Below are positions 32,300-43,109 of a DNA stretch of 64,000 nt, one piece after another. The notes under the pieces are model-generated. The model did not search any database, had not been told where the DNA came from, and worked only from the letters and a program-made list of their open reading frames with translations. Every line of letters begins with the position of its first letter. The stretch's first letter is position 1. Both the position numbers and the translations under genes were made by a program. Source of the DNA: an uncultured Chloroflexia bacterium (GTDB lineage Bacteria; Chloroflexota; Limnocylindria; Limnocylindrales; CSP1-4); the NCBI GenBank assembly GCA_963768655.1, contig CAVYIM010000005.1:1-64000 (forward strand), read 5' to 3'.

Positions 32300-32764
32300 A
32301 TGGGCTGGATACGAGAGCGCCCGTGGTTGGCTGTCGCTCTGTTTGCGGGGATGATGACGGGCTGCACGGGAGCTGGTGGTTCGGGTCCATCGAGCCCTCT
32401 GCCATCAGCGAGCAGCACTCCGATGACCCTGAGCATCGAGAACGACACGACGATCGCTGTCACGCTGGCCGTGAATGGCAAGGTCGTCGAGACCGTCCCG
32501 CCGGGCGGCTACCAGGACCCGATCAAGGCCGAGTCGCCAGCTCCTCCGTGGAACGTCGAGACTCGTTCACCCAGCGGTCGAGTGCTGTCCTCGATGACCG
32601 TCGGCGCAGGCGATGCCTGGCAGACAACCTACCCGAACGGCGCCGGAGGGGCCCACGGAGATGCCGTTCGGGTGGATCTCTCATGCGGCCGCCTGGATGT
32701 GTGGTCGGGGGCGCCGCTGCTCGGTCCGCCACCTGGTCCGGGCCAGTCGGGAGACTGCGCCTGA
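32300..32764 (+). CDS. Hypothetical lipoprotein
   Basis: GGAGG RBS; signal peptide ending in the lipobox MTGC. Confidence 0.65.
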   Translation: MGWIRERPWLAVALFAGMMTGCTGAGGSGPSSPLPSASSTPMTLSIENDTTIAVTLAVNGKVVETVPPGGYQDPIKAESPAPPWNVETRSPSGRVLSSMTVGAGDAWQTTYPNGAGGAHGDAVRVDLSCGRLDVWSGAPLLGPPPGPGQSGDCA

Positions 32765-32824
32765 CCATGGGCGAGCGTCCCGTCATCAGAGCCGCCCCAC
32801 GATCGGGACCGCGCCCGCCCTCAT

Positions 32825-34129
<1,305 letters not shown>

Positions 34130-34159
34130 GCGCCTGGACCTGTCCTTTGCGACGGGGCT

Positions 34160-34840
34160 CTATCCCCGGTCGAGTTCGGCCTCGGGAGGCTTCTGGTCTC
34201 CCTCGGCCTTGTCGACTCCGTCGGCGTCGCTCGCCAATGGGGTCAATGCAGTCAGCGGCGATCCTGTCGCGGAGTAGACAGCGTCGATGATGCCATACTC
34301 CTTCGCCTCCGTTGGGGACATGAAGTAGTCCCTTGAGGTATCGGCAACGATCTTCTCGATCGGTTGTCCACAATGGCGGCTGAGAATCTGGTGATTCGTG
34401 TTGACCAGAGTCTCCATCTCCTTGACCTGGATCATCACGTCCGGGGTGTTACCCCGGAATCCCCCCGACCCCTGGTGGATCATGATCCGGCTGTGGGGCA
34501 GCGCGAAGCGCTTGCCGGACGCGCCCGAGGCCAGGAGCACGGCCGCCATGCTGGCCGCCATGCCGATGCAGATCGTGCTCACCGGGGCCCGGACGTACTG
34601 CATCGTGTCGTAGATGGCCAGGCCGCTGGTGATCACCCCGCCTGGGGAGTTGATGTAGAGGCTGATGTCCCGCTCCGGATCCTCGGCGTCGAGGAAGAGC
34701 AGCTGGGCGATGACCAGATTCGCGACGTTGTCCTCGATGGCGTCGCCCAGGAAGATGATCCGCTCGCGCAGGAGCCGCGAGTAGATGTCGTAGGCACGCT
34801 CGCCACGGCTCGAGGACTCGATCACCATCGGCACGAGCAT
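34160..34840 (-). CDS. clpP: ATP-dependent Clp protease proteolytic subunit
   Basis: [32 protein letters not shown]. Confidence 0.98.
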   Translation of the reverse strand: MLVPMVIESSSRGERAYDIYSRLLRERIIFLGDAIEDNVANLVIAQLLFLDAEDPERDISLYINSPGGVITSGLAIYDTMQYVRAPVSTICIGMAASMAAVLLASGASGKRFALPHSRIMIHQGSGGFRGNTPDVMIQVKEMETLVNTNHQILSRHCGQPIEKIVADTSRDYFMSPTEAKEYGIIDAVYSATGSPLTALTPLASDADGVDKAEGDQKPPEAELDRG

Positions 34841-34868
34841 CGGATCGTCTCCTCTTCGCTAGGTCGAG

Positions 34869-36299
34869 CTAGGCGCCGGGGGCACCCGCGGCCGGCGGGG
34901 TAACACTGACAGGTTCAGTCATTCCGGCCGACGCGGCAGCCTCGGCTGGCGGAGTCCCGACAGTTGAGCCTGGCCCGGCATCTTCGATGTGCTTCAGGCG
35001 CGGCGCTTCGGGGTGGGCCGCGAGCCACTCGTCCACCAGCTGTTCGACGGTCCGCGTCTGCCGGATGGTGCTTCTGATGGAATTCCGGCCGCGCTCGCTT
35101 TCGAAGTACTGGACCAGGCTGCGATTGCTCGCGTAGCGGGACCTCGCCTGGTCGACCTCGGCCTCGACCTCGGCCTCCGAGACCTCAATGCCCTTGACCT
35201 TCGAGATCTCCGCGAGAACGAGCAGGCTCCGTGCGCGCTGGTGGGCCTGCGGGCGGAACTGCTCGCGCATCTCAGTCTCGGACTTGCCGGTTGCCTTGAG
35301 ATACGCCTCTTCGCTGATCCCCTGGCGGGCCATGGCGGAGAGCACTTCGTCGCGCATGACCTCGACCTCCTGGTCCACCAGGACGTCCGGCAGGTCGATG
35401 GTGGCGTTGAGGGCGGCGTACTCGACGATCCGGTCGGCGAACTGATGACGAGCTCGGTCGAGGGCATTCTCCTCGAGGCGCTTGCGCAGCTCGAGCTTGA
35501 GGTGGGCCAGGTCCTCGAACCGGCCGATGGATCGGGCGAACTCGTCGTTGGCCTCGGGCAGGACCTTGCCGCGCAGTTCCTTCAGCGTCAGGTTGAAGTG
35601 CATGTGCGCGCCGCGCATCGACTCGACCTGGAAGTCCTCGGGAATGTCGATGTCGAATTCGCGGTCCTCGCCCTTCGCCATTCCGACGATGTGGTCCTCG
35701 AAGCCCGGGTACAGCCGGTGCTCGCCCAGGACGAGCGGCATGTTCTGTGAGGATCCACCAATGAACTTGGCGCCGTCGCGCGTGCCGTCGAACGCGACGA
35801 TCACGTAGTCGCCGATCCGGGCGGCGCGGTCCTCCACGGGTTCGAGGTGGCCCTCGCTGTCGCGCAGCTCGTCGACGACCTTCTCGACCATCGTCTCGTC
35901 GACGGGCTCGACCTCGGGCTTGAACGGGAAATGCTCGAAGTCGCCGAGAATGACCTCCGGCCGGACCTGCATCGTCGCCTTGAAGATTACCGGCTTGCCC
36001 TCCTCGGCCTGGGTGACTTCGACCTCGGGAGAACTCAGCGGCAAGAGCTTCTGGTCGCGCACTACCTCGCGCACCGAACCCTCGACCAGGAGATCGACGG
36101 CTTCCTCCATGACCGTGGAGGCGCCGACGACTCGCTCGACGACGGCTCGGGGAGCCTTGCCCGGCCGGAATCCGGAGATACGGTGCTGCTGCGAAAGGCG
36201 ACGAGCGGCGTCGTCCAGCGAGCGGGTCAGGCGCTCGGCCGGAAGCTCGAACTCGATCTGGAGGCGGGACCTGGGAAGGGGCGTGGTGGTCGTTTGCAT
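34869..36299 (-). CDS. tig: Trigger factor
   Basis: GFRPGKAP ribosome-binding motif, FKBP domain, tig-clpP-clpX gene order. Confidence 0.95.
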   Translation of the reverse strand: MQTTTTPLPRSRLQIEFELPAERLTRSLDDAARRLSQQHRISGFRPGKAPRAVVERVVGASTVMEEAVDLLVEGSVREVVRDQKLLPLSSPEVEVTQAEEGKPVIFKATMQVRPEVILGDFEHFPFKPEVEPVDETMVEKVVDELRDSEGHLEPVEDRAARIGDYVIVAFDGTRDGAKFIGGSSQNMPLVLGEHRLYPGFEDHIVGMAKGEDREFDIDIPEDFQVESMRGAHMHFNLTLKELRGKVLPEANDEFARSIGRFEDLAHLKLELRKRLEENALDRARHQFADRIVEYAALNATIDLPDVLVDQEVEVMRDEVLSAMARQGISEEAYLKATGKSETEMREQFRPQAHQRARSLLVLAEISKVKGIEVSEAEVEAEVDQARSRYASNRSLVQYFESERGRNSIRSTIRQTRTVEQLVDEWLAAHPEAPRLKHIEDAGPGSTVGTPPAEAAASAGMTEPVSVTPPAAGAPGA

Positions 36300-36397
36300 C
36301 GCGGGCGATTATAGGGGCCGCGGCCGGGCGCGGCCGGGAGCGGAGGTCGAGTCCGAGGCGGCGGCAGAGATAGCGCTATGGTGCGACGCCCGCCGGG

Positions 36398-36760
36398 TCA
36401 GCGGTCCTTCTCTTTGATCCAGCCGACGTGCTTGCGGAAATGCCCGACCATGCCCAGCTCGAACTGGCGCTCGTCGGTGTGCTCCGGCAGAGCGCCAAGC
36501 TCGCCGGCGCTGAGTGACACGTCGACGTGGGTAGCCGTCAGCGCGACGATGTCATCGGCCGCCACGAAGACGCGCCGCCCCTTCCGCTCGAGCTGGACGA
36601 CGATGCCGTGGAAGATGTCTTCTTCGTGGGAGCCCAGGAGGTCGTAGACCGTGCCGACCTGCTGGCCGTCCGACCGGACAGGGGTGTTTTCCGGCACCGC
36701 ACGCCAGGCGATCGGCTCGTCCGGGTCGCCGCCGGTTGCGGGGTTCGGGATCGGGTCCAT
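36398..36760 (-). CDS. Small hypothetical protein (PRC-barrel-like)
   Basis: AWRAV...SDGQQVGTV...DIFHGIVV pattern. Confidence 0.65.
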   Translation of the reverse strand: MDPIPNPATGGDPDEPIAWRAVPENTPVRSDGQQVGTVYDLLGSHEEDIFHGIVVQLERKGRRVFVAADDIVALTATHVDVSLSAGELGALPEHTDERQFELGMVGHFRKHVGWIKEKDR

Positions 36761-36790
36761 CGTTGCTACTCCTGACTCAGTTACTCGCCT

Positions 36791-38020
36791 TCACGTGGAG
36801 GGCGAGCTGGCGGGCAAGCTCGGCGACGGGCTCGGAGATGAGCCCGGAGATGAGCCCGCCGCCGGCCCGACCATGCGAGCGCCGATGATCCCGCAGATGT
36901 GCCGGACGATCTTGAAGCCCTCTCCGAACGACCTGTCGTCCATGGTGTACGCAGCGACGATGTACGTCTCGGGGCCGAGAGTGACGATCCCCGACGAGTT
37001 CATCACGTACAGGCCATCAGGCCCCTGGACCCAGCCGTCCTTCAGCGCGATCGTCGCGCCAGCCGGACTGCTGTCGCCCACCCCGACCCGCTGGTCGGCC
37101 TGGATGTGCTCCATCAGCTTGAACGCCAGGGCGCGGTCTGTCGCGTTCAGGACCTTACCCTCGTGCAGCAGGTCCAACAGCGAGACCATCGCCGCCGGCG
37201 TGATCGTGCTCCAGCCCCAAAAGCCCACGGGATTGACATGCGGTGTCAGACCGGAGATGCCGACCTTCTTCATGAAGGCGTTGAGCCCGGTCCGGTAGCC
37301 GATCTCCGCGTAGAGCGCCGTGGCCGATGCGTTTCTCGAGTTCTCGATCATCGTGGTCAGCAGCGACAGCTCGGTGGCGTTCGGCCCCCTGCCCTTCGCC
37401 TCGAGCTGCGTCAGCAGAGTCAGCATGATCGGCACCTTGATCGAACTCGCGACGACATACGGGCGGTCGGCGTTGTACGTATACGTCACGCCGCGAGTGA
37501 CGTCGAAGAGCTCGACGCCCACCCGAGTGCCGTAGTCGCTGAGGTATTCGGCCAGGGCCGTGTCGAGCGCGTCGAAGCTCGCCATGGCGCCGCCGGAGGG
37601 CTGGGTCATCGTCACCGCCGACGCCGGCAGCCAGCCCGTCCCCTGCCGGCCCGGCGTCTGCCAGGTGACCTGGTCCCAGACGCTGCCATCGACCGTGGCG
37701 GACTTCAGGGTCAGCGTGAGCGGGAAGCTCGCCCCGAGATGGACCTGCACGGCGCCGTCGTCGCTCGCCGTCGCGTACAGAGCCACTGCCCCGCTCGTCC
37801 AGGCCTGCGTCGGGACGGGTGTGGGGCTCGGTGTGGGCGAGGGCGTGGGGGAAGCGGTGGGCGACGAAGCGGGCGACGGGCCCGCCGAGCCCGCGGCGTC
37901 GTCTGTGGGGCTCGACGGGCCGGCCGAACCCGAGGCGGACGATCGCGGCGCAGTCGATCCGCCCCCGCAACCGAGCACGGCGCAGGCCACGAGACACACG
38001 AGCAGGCGACGAATTGCCAC
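36791..38020 (-). CDS. Serine hydrolase lipoprotein (class A beta-lactamase-like fold)
   Basis: Lipobox VLGC, P/S/T linker, SSIK (SxxK), SRN (SxN) and KDG motifs. Confidence 0.82.
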   Translation of the reverse strand: MAIRRLLVCLVACAVLGCGGGSTAPRSSASGSAGPSSPTDDAAGSAGPSPASSPTASPTPSPTPSPTPVPTQAWTSGAVALYATASDDGAVQVHLGASFPLTLTLKSATVDGSVWDQVTWQTPGRQGTGWLPASAVTMTQPSGGAMASFDALDTALAEYLSDYGTRVGVELFDVTRGVTYTYNADRPYVVASSIKVPIMLTLLTQLEAKGRGPNATELSLLTTMIENSRNASATALYAEIGYRTGLNAFMKKVGISGLTPHVNPVGFWGWSTITPAAMVSLLDLLHEGKVLNATDRALAFKLMEHIQADQRVGVGDSSPAGATIALKDGWVQGPDGLYVMNSSGIVTLGPETYIVAAYTMDDRSFGEGFKIVRHICGIIGARMVGPAAGSSPGSSPSPSPSLPASSPST

Positions 38021-38136
38021 AGTTTCGACACCTCTGGACGAGCCAGACCCCGACTCGACTGACTGCCGCCGACCGGTACGCGCCCCAGATCATAGTCGAC
38101 ACCAACGTTCAGGACCGTTCCTGCGAGAATTGACGA

Positions 38137-39726
38137 ATGACACACCTGCGTCGATCCCCGCTTGCATTGCTCGCCATCGTCGCGATCGTTTCGGCCTGCG
38201 GCTCCAATCCGCCGAGCCCGACGCCGAGCCAGGCCCCCAGCCCGACGGCGTTCGCATCGCCCTCGAGCGCGCCGACCGCCTCGGCGACGCCGCAGCCTAC
38301 GCCGCAACCCACGGTTGCCCAGGAAGTCCCGATCGTTCCGGTCGCGGATTTCAGAACGATCGCGACCTCGATCGATCAGGCCGGCGTGGCGGCCATCCTG
38401 GCCGGCACGAACAAGCAGTTCACGACGCTCGAGCTGGTGAGCGCCGACGCGGACGGCATCCTCGCGGCGCTCGGTCTGACCCAGCCGTCGGTCGCCAGCC
38501 GCCTCGTGCTCGCTCCAACGGCAGCCGCCCTCGAGACCGACCTCGACACCCAGGCAGCGCGGCTGGGCATCGTTCGCGCCACCGACGTCGGGCCGAGCGT
38601 GCGAGCGCTGGGCTGGGGAAACGTGTCGCTCTTCGGTGTCGCCAGGGTCAAGAGCCTGGCCGACTGGCCGTTGCAGGCCAGCCTGCCGGAGACGGCTTCG
38701 GCGACGGCATTCGACCCGTCTTCGATCTGGACGATCGTCGCGGGCGGCGACATGATGTTCGACCGCGGCGTGTACAAGGTGGTCAAGCTGGAGGGCAAAG
38801 GCGTCGATTTCCCGTTCTCCGGCGGGACCGCGACGATCACCAGCCGCTACTGCTGCTCATCGTGGGACTGGGTGATGCCGCGCACCAAGACTGACGACAC
38901 GACCCAGGACGTCCGCGCCCTGACGTCCGGAGCCGACCTGGCGCTGGCGAATATGGAGGGTCCGGCCCCGAACAACGCCTCGTACCACGCCACGGGGATG
39001 AGCTTCACCTTCAATCAGGCGCTTCTGGCCGGGCTTACATACGCCGGCATCGATTGGGTCGCCTTGGGGAACAACCACATCCTCAACGCCGGCAGGCAGG
39101 GCGTCGTCCAGACGGTCCAGGCACTGGATAAGCTCGGGATCGCCCACAGCGGTGCCGGCGCGAACATCGCTGCGGCGCGGGCTCCGGCGATGTTCACGAT
39201 CGACGGCGTGAAGGTCGCGGTCCTTTCCTACGATGCGATCTCACCCGGCGAGGCCGCCGGTCCGAATCTGCCGGGAACCGCCGAGCTTTCGGCGGGCACC
39301 GCGCCTGCCGACATCCGCGCGGCCAAGGCGGCCGGCGCGCAGGTCGTCGTCGTCTACCCCCACTGGGGCATCGAATACACCACCGGACCGACCGCGGCCC
39401 AGACGAAGTGGGCGCACGCGATGATCGACGCCGGCGCGGACATCATCATCGGCAACCACCCCCACTGGGCCGGGGCGATGGAGGTCTACAAGGGCAAGCC
39501 GATCTGGTACGCGCTCGGGAACTTCGTGTTCGACCAGACATGGTCGGAGCAGACCGAGGAGGGCCTGGTGCTCGAGCTCACGTTCAGCGGCTCGACCCTC
39601 GTTCAGGCGTGGACGCACCCGACGGTGATCCTCGACGGCGCCCAGCCCAACCTGCTAGATCCCGTGAGCGGCGAGGCCGTCATGGACCGCGTCTACGCCG
39701 CCTCCACGAAGACGCTGCCCTGGTAG
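38137..39726 (+). CDS. CapA-family (poly-gamma-glutamate synthesis-like) metallophosphoesterase lipoprotein
   Basis: Lipobox VSAC; GGDMM, ANMEG, LGNNH, PHWGIEY, GNHPH, YALGNFVFDQ. Confidence 0.9.
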   Translation: MTHLRRSPLALLAIVAIVSACGSNPPSPTPSQAPSPTAFASPSSAPTASATPQPTPQPTVAQEVPIVPVADFRTIATSIDQAGVAAILAGTNKQFTTLELVSADADGILAALGLTQPSVASRLVLAPTAAALETDLDTQAARLGIVRATDVGPSVRALGWGNVSLFGVARVKSLADWPLQASLPETASATAFDPSSIWTIVAGGDMMFDRGVYKVVKLEGKGVDFPFSGGTATITSRYCCSSWDWVMPRTKTDDTTQDVRALTSGADLALANMEGPAPNNASYHATGMSFTFNQALLAGLTYAGIDWVALGNNHILNAGRQGVVQTVQALDKLGIAHSGAGANIAAARAPAMFTIDGVKVAVLSYDAISPGEAAGPNLPGTAELSAGTAPADIRAAKAAGAQVVVVYPHWGIEYTTGPTAAQTKWAHAMIDAGADIIIGNHPHWAGAMEVYKGKPIWYALGNFVFDQTWSEQTEEGLVLELTFSGSTLVQAWTHPTVILDGAQPNLLDPVSGEAVMDRVYAASTKTLPW

Positions 39727-39791
39727 CCGAGCTCGGCGCCTTGGCACGTGCACGTGTCGCAGACGGATGGCCGTGGGCGGCTATGGACAGT

Positions 39792-39823
39792 GTGGTGGAA
39801 GGAGACTGGTCAGTATGCGAACC
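39792..39823. repeat. att-like repeat A1 (GTGGTGG-AAGGAGACTGGTCAGTATG-CGAACC; one extra A)
   Basis: Five copies in the array; 39792-39957 closely resembles 49443-49606. Confidence 0.85.
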
Positions 39824-39914
39824 AGCCTGGGGGCTCAATCCGGCGAACGCTGACCGTTATGAGAGTCACTCCGGCGCCAGCTGTCGCCCGCTCGCCTGAG
39901 GTCAGAACTGGGAG

Positions 39915-41186
39915 CTAGGGCCAGTACAGCTCGGCAGATGTCAGCCCGTCACCGACAATCATGACGCGCCCATCCTCCAGTTCGGCCGCATACGTGTAGC
40001 CCGGATACTCTTCGAGCATTGGTGCGGTCTTCTTGAACGTGCCAGTCACTGGGTCGTAGAGCTCGGCGGAATTGAGCGGCGTCGGTGGATTGTCGTCACT
40101 AAAGCCCGCCGCGACCAGGACCGAGCCGTTCTTCAGCAGGCAGGCGACCTGATCGCTTCGGCCGGTAACCATCGATCCGGTCGGGCTGAACTTGCCGCTC
40201 GCCGGGTCGTAGATCTCGGCGCTGGCCAACCCTACGCTATCGGCGTTCTCGCCTCCCGCGATCAGGACCCGACCATCGGGTAGCAGGGTGGCCGTGTGAT
40301 AGGCCCGTGCGGTGGTCATCGATCCTGTCGCGCTGAATTTGCCGCTCGTCGGGTCGTAGATCTCGGCGCTGGCCAGGTACTTGAGGTTGCCGTTGTCCTC
40401 GTCTCCGCCGACGATCAGGACCCGTCCGTCGGGCAGCAGGGTCGCGCTCTGGTTCTCTCGGCCAGTGATGAGCGAGCCGGTCGAGCTGAACTTGCCGGTT
40501 GACGGGTCATACAGCTCCGCCGAGCGCAGGAACACCTCGTCATCCTCGTTGTTCGCTCCGTGCACGCCCCCAACGACTAGGACCCTGCCGTCTTTGAGGG
40601 TCGTGGCCGTGTAGGGCGCCAAGAACCACTGGCCCTCCTCGGCCGCCCTATCCCCGTCGACCATCCGCCCGGCCAGGCTGAACTTGCCGCTCGTTGGGTC
40701 GTAGATCTCGGGGGCCGAGTCGGGAGATGCCCCGGTCACGAGCACTCGGCCATCGTTGAGCGGAGTCAGGACCTCGCCGACTCCTCCGGGTAAAAGCGAT
40801 CCGGTCAGGCTGAACGTGTTGCTCTTGGGATCGTACAGCTCGACGGCGTTCGATACGGGCCCATACTGAGGATCGGTTGGCCCATCGAGGACGAGGACTC
40901 GACCATCGGGCAGCAGGGCCGCCCTGAGGCTCTGATGGGTCGCCAGAAAGGGAGCCGCGAGCGTGAACACGCCGCTCGGGGTCGTGGGCGACGGTGTGGG
41001 AGTTGGCGCCAACGTCGGGCGTAGGCTGGCCGTCGGGCTCACGGCGGGGCTGGTCCTCAAGCTCGGGCCCGGAGATGGTGTTGCTGGGCTGCCGCCGCAG
41101 CCAGCAACGGCCAGCGCGAGGGTTAGCCCGGCGAATGCCCGCGCTGTGGAGCTGCCACCCAGAACGATCCGCGGACTGGCTCTCAC
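39915..41186 (-). CDS. Kelch-repeat beta-propeller lipoprotein K1
   Basis: GTG start with AGAGGGAG RBS, lipobox VAGC, P/T/S linker, repeats of ATLLPDGRVLIxGG...SAEIYDP. Confidence 0.9.
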   Translation of the reverse strand: MRASPRIVLGGSSTARAFAGLTLALAVAGCGGSPATPSPGPSLRTSPAVSPTASLRPTLAPTPTPSPTTPSGVFTLAAPFLATHQSLRAALLPDGRVLVLDGPTDPQYGPVSNAVELYDPKSNTFSLTGSLLPGGVGEVLTPLNDGRVLVTGASPDSAPEIYDPTSGKFSLAGRMVDGDRAAEEGQWFLAPYTATTLKDGRVLVVGGVHGANNEDDEVFLRSAELYDPSTGKFSSTGSLITGRENQSATLLPDGRVLIVGGDEDNGNLKYLASAEIYDPTSGKFSATGSMTTARAYHTATLLPDGRVLIAGGENADSVGLASAEIYDPASGKFSPTGSMVTGRSDQVACLLKNGSVLVAAGFSDDNPPTPLNSAELYDPVTGTFKKTAPMLEEYPGYTYAAELEDGRVMIVGDGLTSAELYWP

Positions 41187-41222
41187 GCTCTGTCTCCCTC
41201 TGCCATCGGTACGAACCAGGAT

Positions 41223-41246
41223 GACGGATCGAGGGAGCGCGCGTGA
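41223..41246 (-). promoter_or_regulatory. Conserved ECF-type promoter TCAC-N16-CGTC (K1)
   Basis: Same motif and spacing found upstream of all nine Kelch genes. Confidence 0.65.
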
Positions 41247-41282
41247 TGTCACGGCGGGCGGCAGCGACCGAACGGGAAGGAC

Positions 41283-41313
41283 GTGGTGGAGGAGACCGGG
41301 CAGTATGCGAACC
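41283..41313. repeat. att-like repeat A2
   Basis: GTGGTGGAGGAGACCGGGCAGTATGCGAACC. Confidence 0.85.
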
Positions 41314-41492
41314 GCATCCTCGGGCTGGTCCGACTATCGCTGGACCTCTCGCGGCGCAGCGGCAAGAGTGGGCCTACGTGCTTGGCCGACTGTCGCAAGA
41401 GCGAGGCGGCCGCCATCTGACAACAGGCTGGCGACTATCCGAGTTCCCAGGGCCTCGGAGTCCGCGCCAGCGCAGAGGAAGGTCCGCGCAGT

Positions 41493-42725
41493 CTAGGGCC
41501 TGTAGAGCTCGCAAGAGGTGAAGTCACCGCCACCACCGGTAACAAGTACCTCGCCATCTGCGAGCAGGGTCGCGGTGAAAGCCTGCCGCGGTGAGTGCAT
41601 CGAGCCAGTGGCGCTAAACGTGCCCGTGGCTGGATCGAACAGCTCCGCCGTTGCCAGGCCGTCGACCGGGTTGTCGTCGTTGATGCCGCCCGCCACCAGC
41701 ACTTTCCCGTTTGGAAGCAGGGCGGCCACGTCATCGGCTCGGGCCGTCGCCATCGATCCGGTAGGCGCGAACGAGTTGGTACTGGGGTCGAAGATCTCGG
41801 CGGACAAGGAATACAGACCGGTCAGATAGCTGAAGCCACCGGCGATCAGCACGCGGCCATCCCGAAGCAAGGTTGCGGTGTCCTGCTCGCGCTCGACAGT
41901 CATGTTCCCCGTGGGGCTGAACCTGCCAGTTCGAGGATCGTAGATCTCGCCCGTCGCGACGGTGGTCGCGGTTCCGGACTGAGGATCTCCACACGGTCCC
42001 CCGCCCGTGATTAGGACTCGCCCGTCCTGCAGCACCGTGGCCGTGGCGCCAGCACGCGCGGCCTCCATAGAGCCGGTGAAAGTGAACTTGTTCGACCTAG
42101 GATCGAATAGCTCCGCGGATGCCGTCAGGCAGTGGCCCGGACGCATGTCTCCGCCCCCGGCTATCAGAACGCGCCCGTCCTGAAGCAGGGCCACGGCGGC
42201 CTCGGACCGGTCGATGAGCGGCCTCACCGCAGCGAATTTGCCCGTGGCTGGATCGTAGATCTCGGCGCCCGTGTCCGTGGCCACGTGGGGTTCGTCCGGA
42301 TCCGCGGCACCGATGACAAGGACTCTGCCATCGAGCAGCGTTACCGCTGCCGGTTGCGTCCGGTAGTGCGAAAGTGAGCCGGTCGTGGTGAACGTCCCAG
42401 TCGAGGGGTCGTAGATCTCCGCTACCACACCACTTCCCACGACAAGGACTCGACCGTCACGGAGCATCGCCGCCGCATGCTGGACGCGGGGCTCGTGCAT
42501 TGAGCCGGTGAGCGTGAAGATTCCGTGGGCAGGAGTCGGCGAGAACGTGGGCGTCGAGGGCGAAGTAGGTTCGGCGCTCATCCTAGACGTAGGGCTGGAC
42601 GCAGGGCTCGTCGTCGGGCTCGGGATCGACGAGGGCAAGGCCGGGCTGCCTCCGCAACCGGCGACCGCCAGGACGAGGACTGCGGCGCGAAGGGGCCGCC
42701 CTGGCGAGCCAAGACCCACTCTCAC
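41493..42725 (-). CDS. Kelch-repeat lipoprotein K2 (paralogue of K9)
   Basis: Lipobox VAGC and Kelch repeats; 5' region identical to K9; GTG start chosen by RBS and promoter position. Confidence 0.9.
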   Translation of the reverse strand: MRVGLGSPGRPLRAAVLVLAVAGCGGSPALPSSIPSPTTSPASSPTSRMSAEPTSPSTPTFSPTPAHGIFTLTGSMHEPRVQHAAAMLRDGRVLVVGSGVVAEIYDPSTGTFTTTGSLSHYRTQPAAVTLLDGRVLVIGAADPDEPHVATDTGAEIYDPATGKFAAVRPLIDRSEAAVALLQDGRVLIAGGGDMRPGHCLTASAELFDPRSNKFTFTGSMEAARAGATATVLQDGRVLITGGGPCGDPQSGTATTVATGEIYDPRTGRFSPTGNMTVEREQDTATLLRDGRVLIAGGFSYLTGLYSLSAEIFDPSTNSFAPTGSMATARADDVAALLPNGKVLVAGGINDDNPVDGLATAELFDPATGTFSATGSMHSPRQAFTATLLADGEVLVTGGGGDFTSCELYRP

Positions 42726-42762
42726 CCTCTGTCTCCCACTGCCTTCGGACTGAATGCAGGAT

Positions 42763-42786
42763 GACGCATCCAGGAAGGGCACGTGA
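42763..42786 (-). promoter_or_regulatory. Conserved ECF-type promoter TCAC-N16-CGTC (K2)
   Basis: Motif conserved across the array. Confidence 0.65.
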
Positions 42787-42827
42787 CGTCACTGGGTAGT
42801 GTCGACCGACGGGCCGAGGAGACGGTG

Positions 42828-42868
42828 TGGGCGAGGTCGGGGTCGAACCGACACGCCGCTTACGCGGC
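42828..42868 (-). repeat. tRNA-Leu 3'-half copy T1
   Basis: 41 nt identical to 54332-54372 (variable arm, T arm, acceptor strand). Confidence 0.95.
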
Positions 42869-42963
42869 CAGCCCGGGGATGCTCTATCCAGTCCCTCGTG
42901 GCGGGCGATGCAAAATCGGCACTGTTAGCGTGTGAGTCGAACCCCGAGGAAGCCCAACGCAGC

Positions 42964-43093
42964 CTAGGCCGGTACAGCTCCGCCGAGGTGAGAACGATGC
43001 CGTCGAGGGCCTCGCGTCCAGGGATGAGAACCCGGCCGTCGGCGATCAGCGTGGCGGTCTGGTAGGCGCGCATGTCCTCATCGAGCCTGTCGG
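42964..43093 (-). pseudogene. Orphan C-terminal Kelch blade remnant
   Basis: RAYQTATLIADGRVLIPG...SAELYRP with indels; no start or promoter. Confidence 0.75.
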
Positions 43094-43109
43094 GTTCAAG
43101 CACCGCCCG

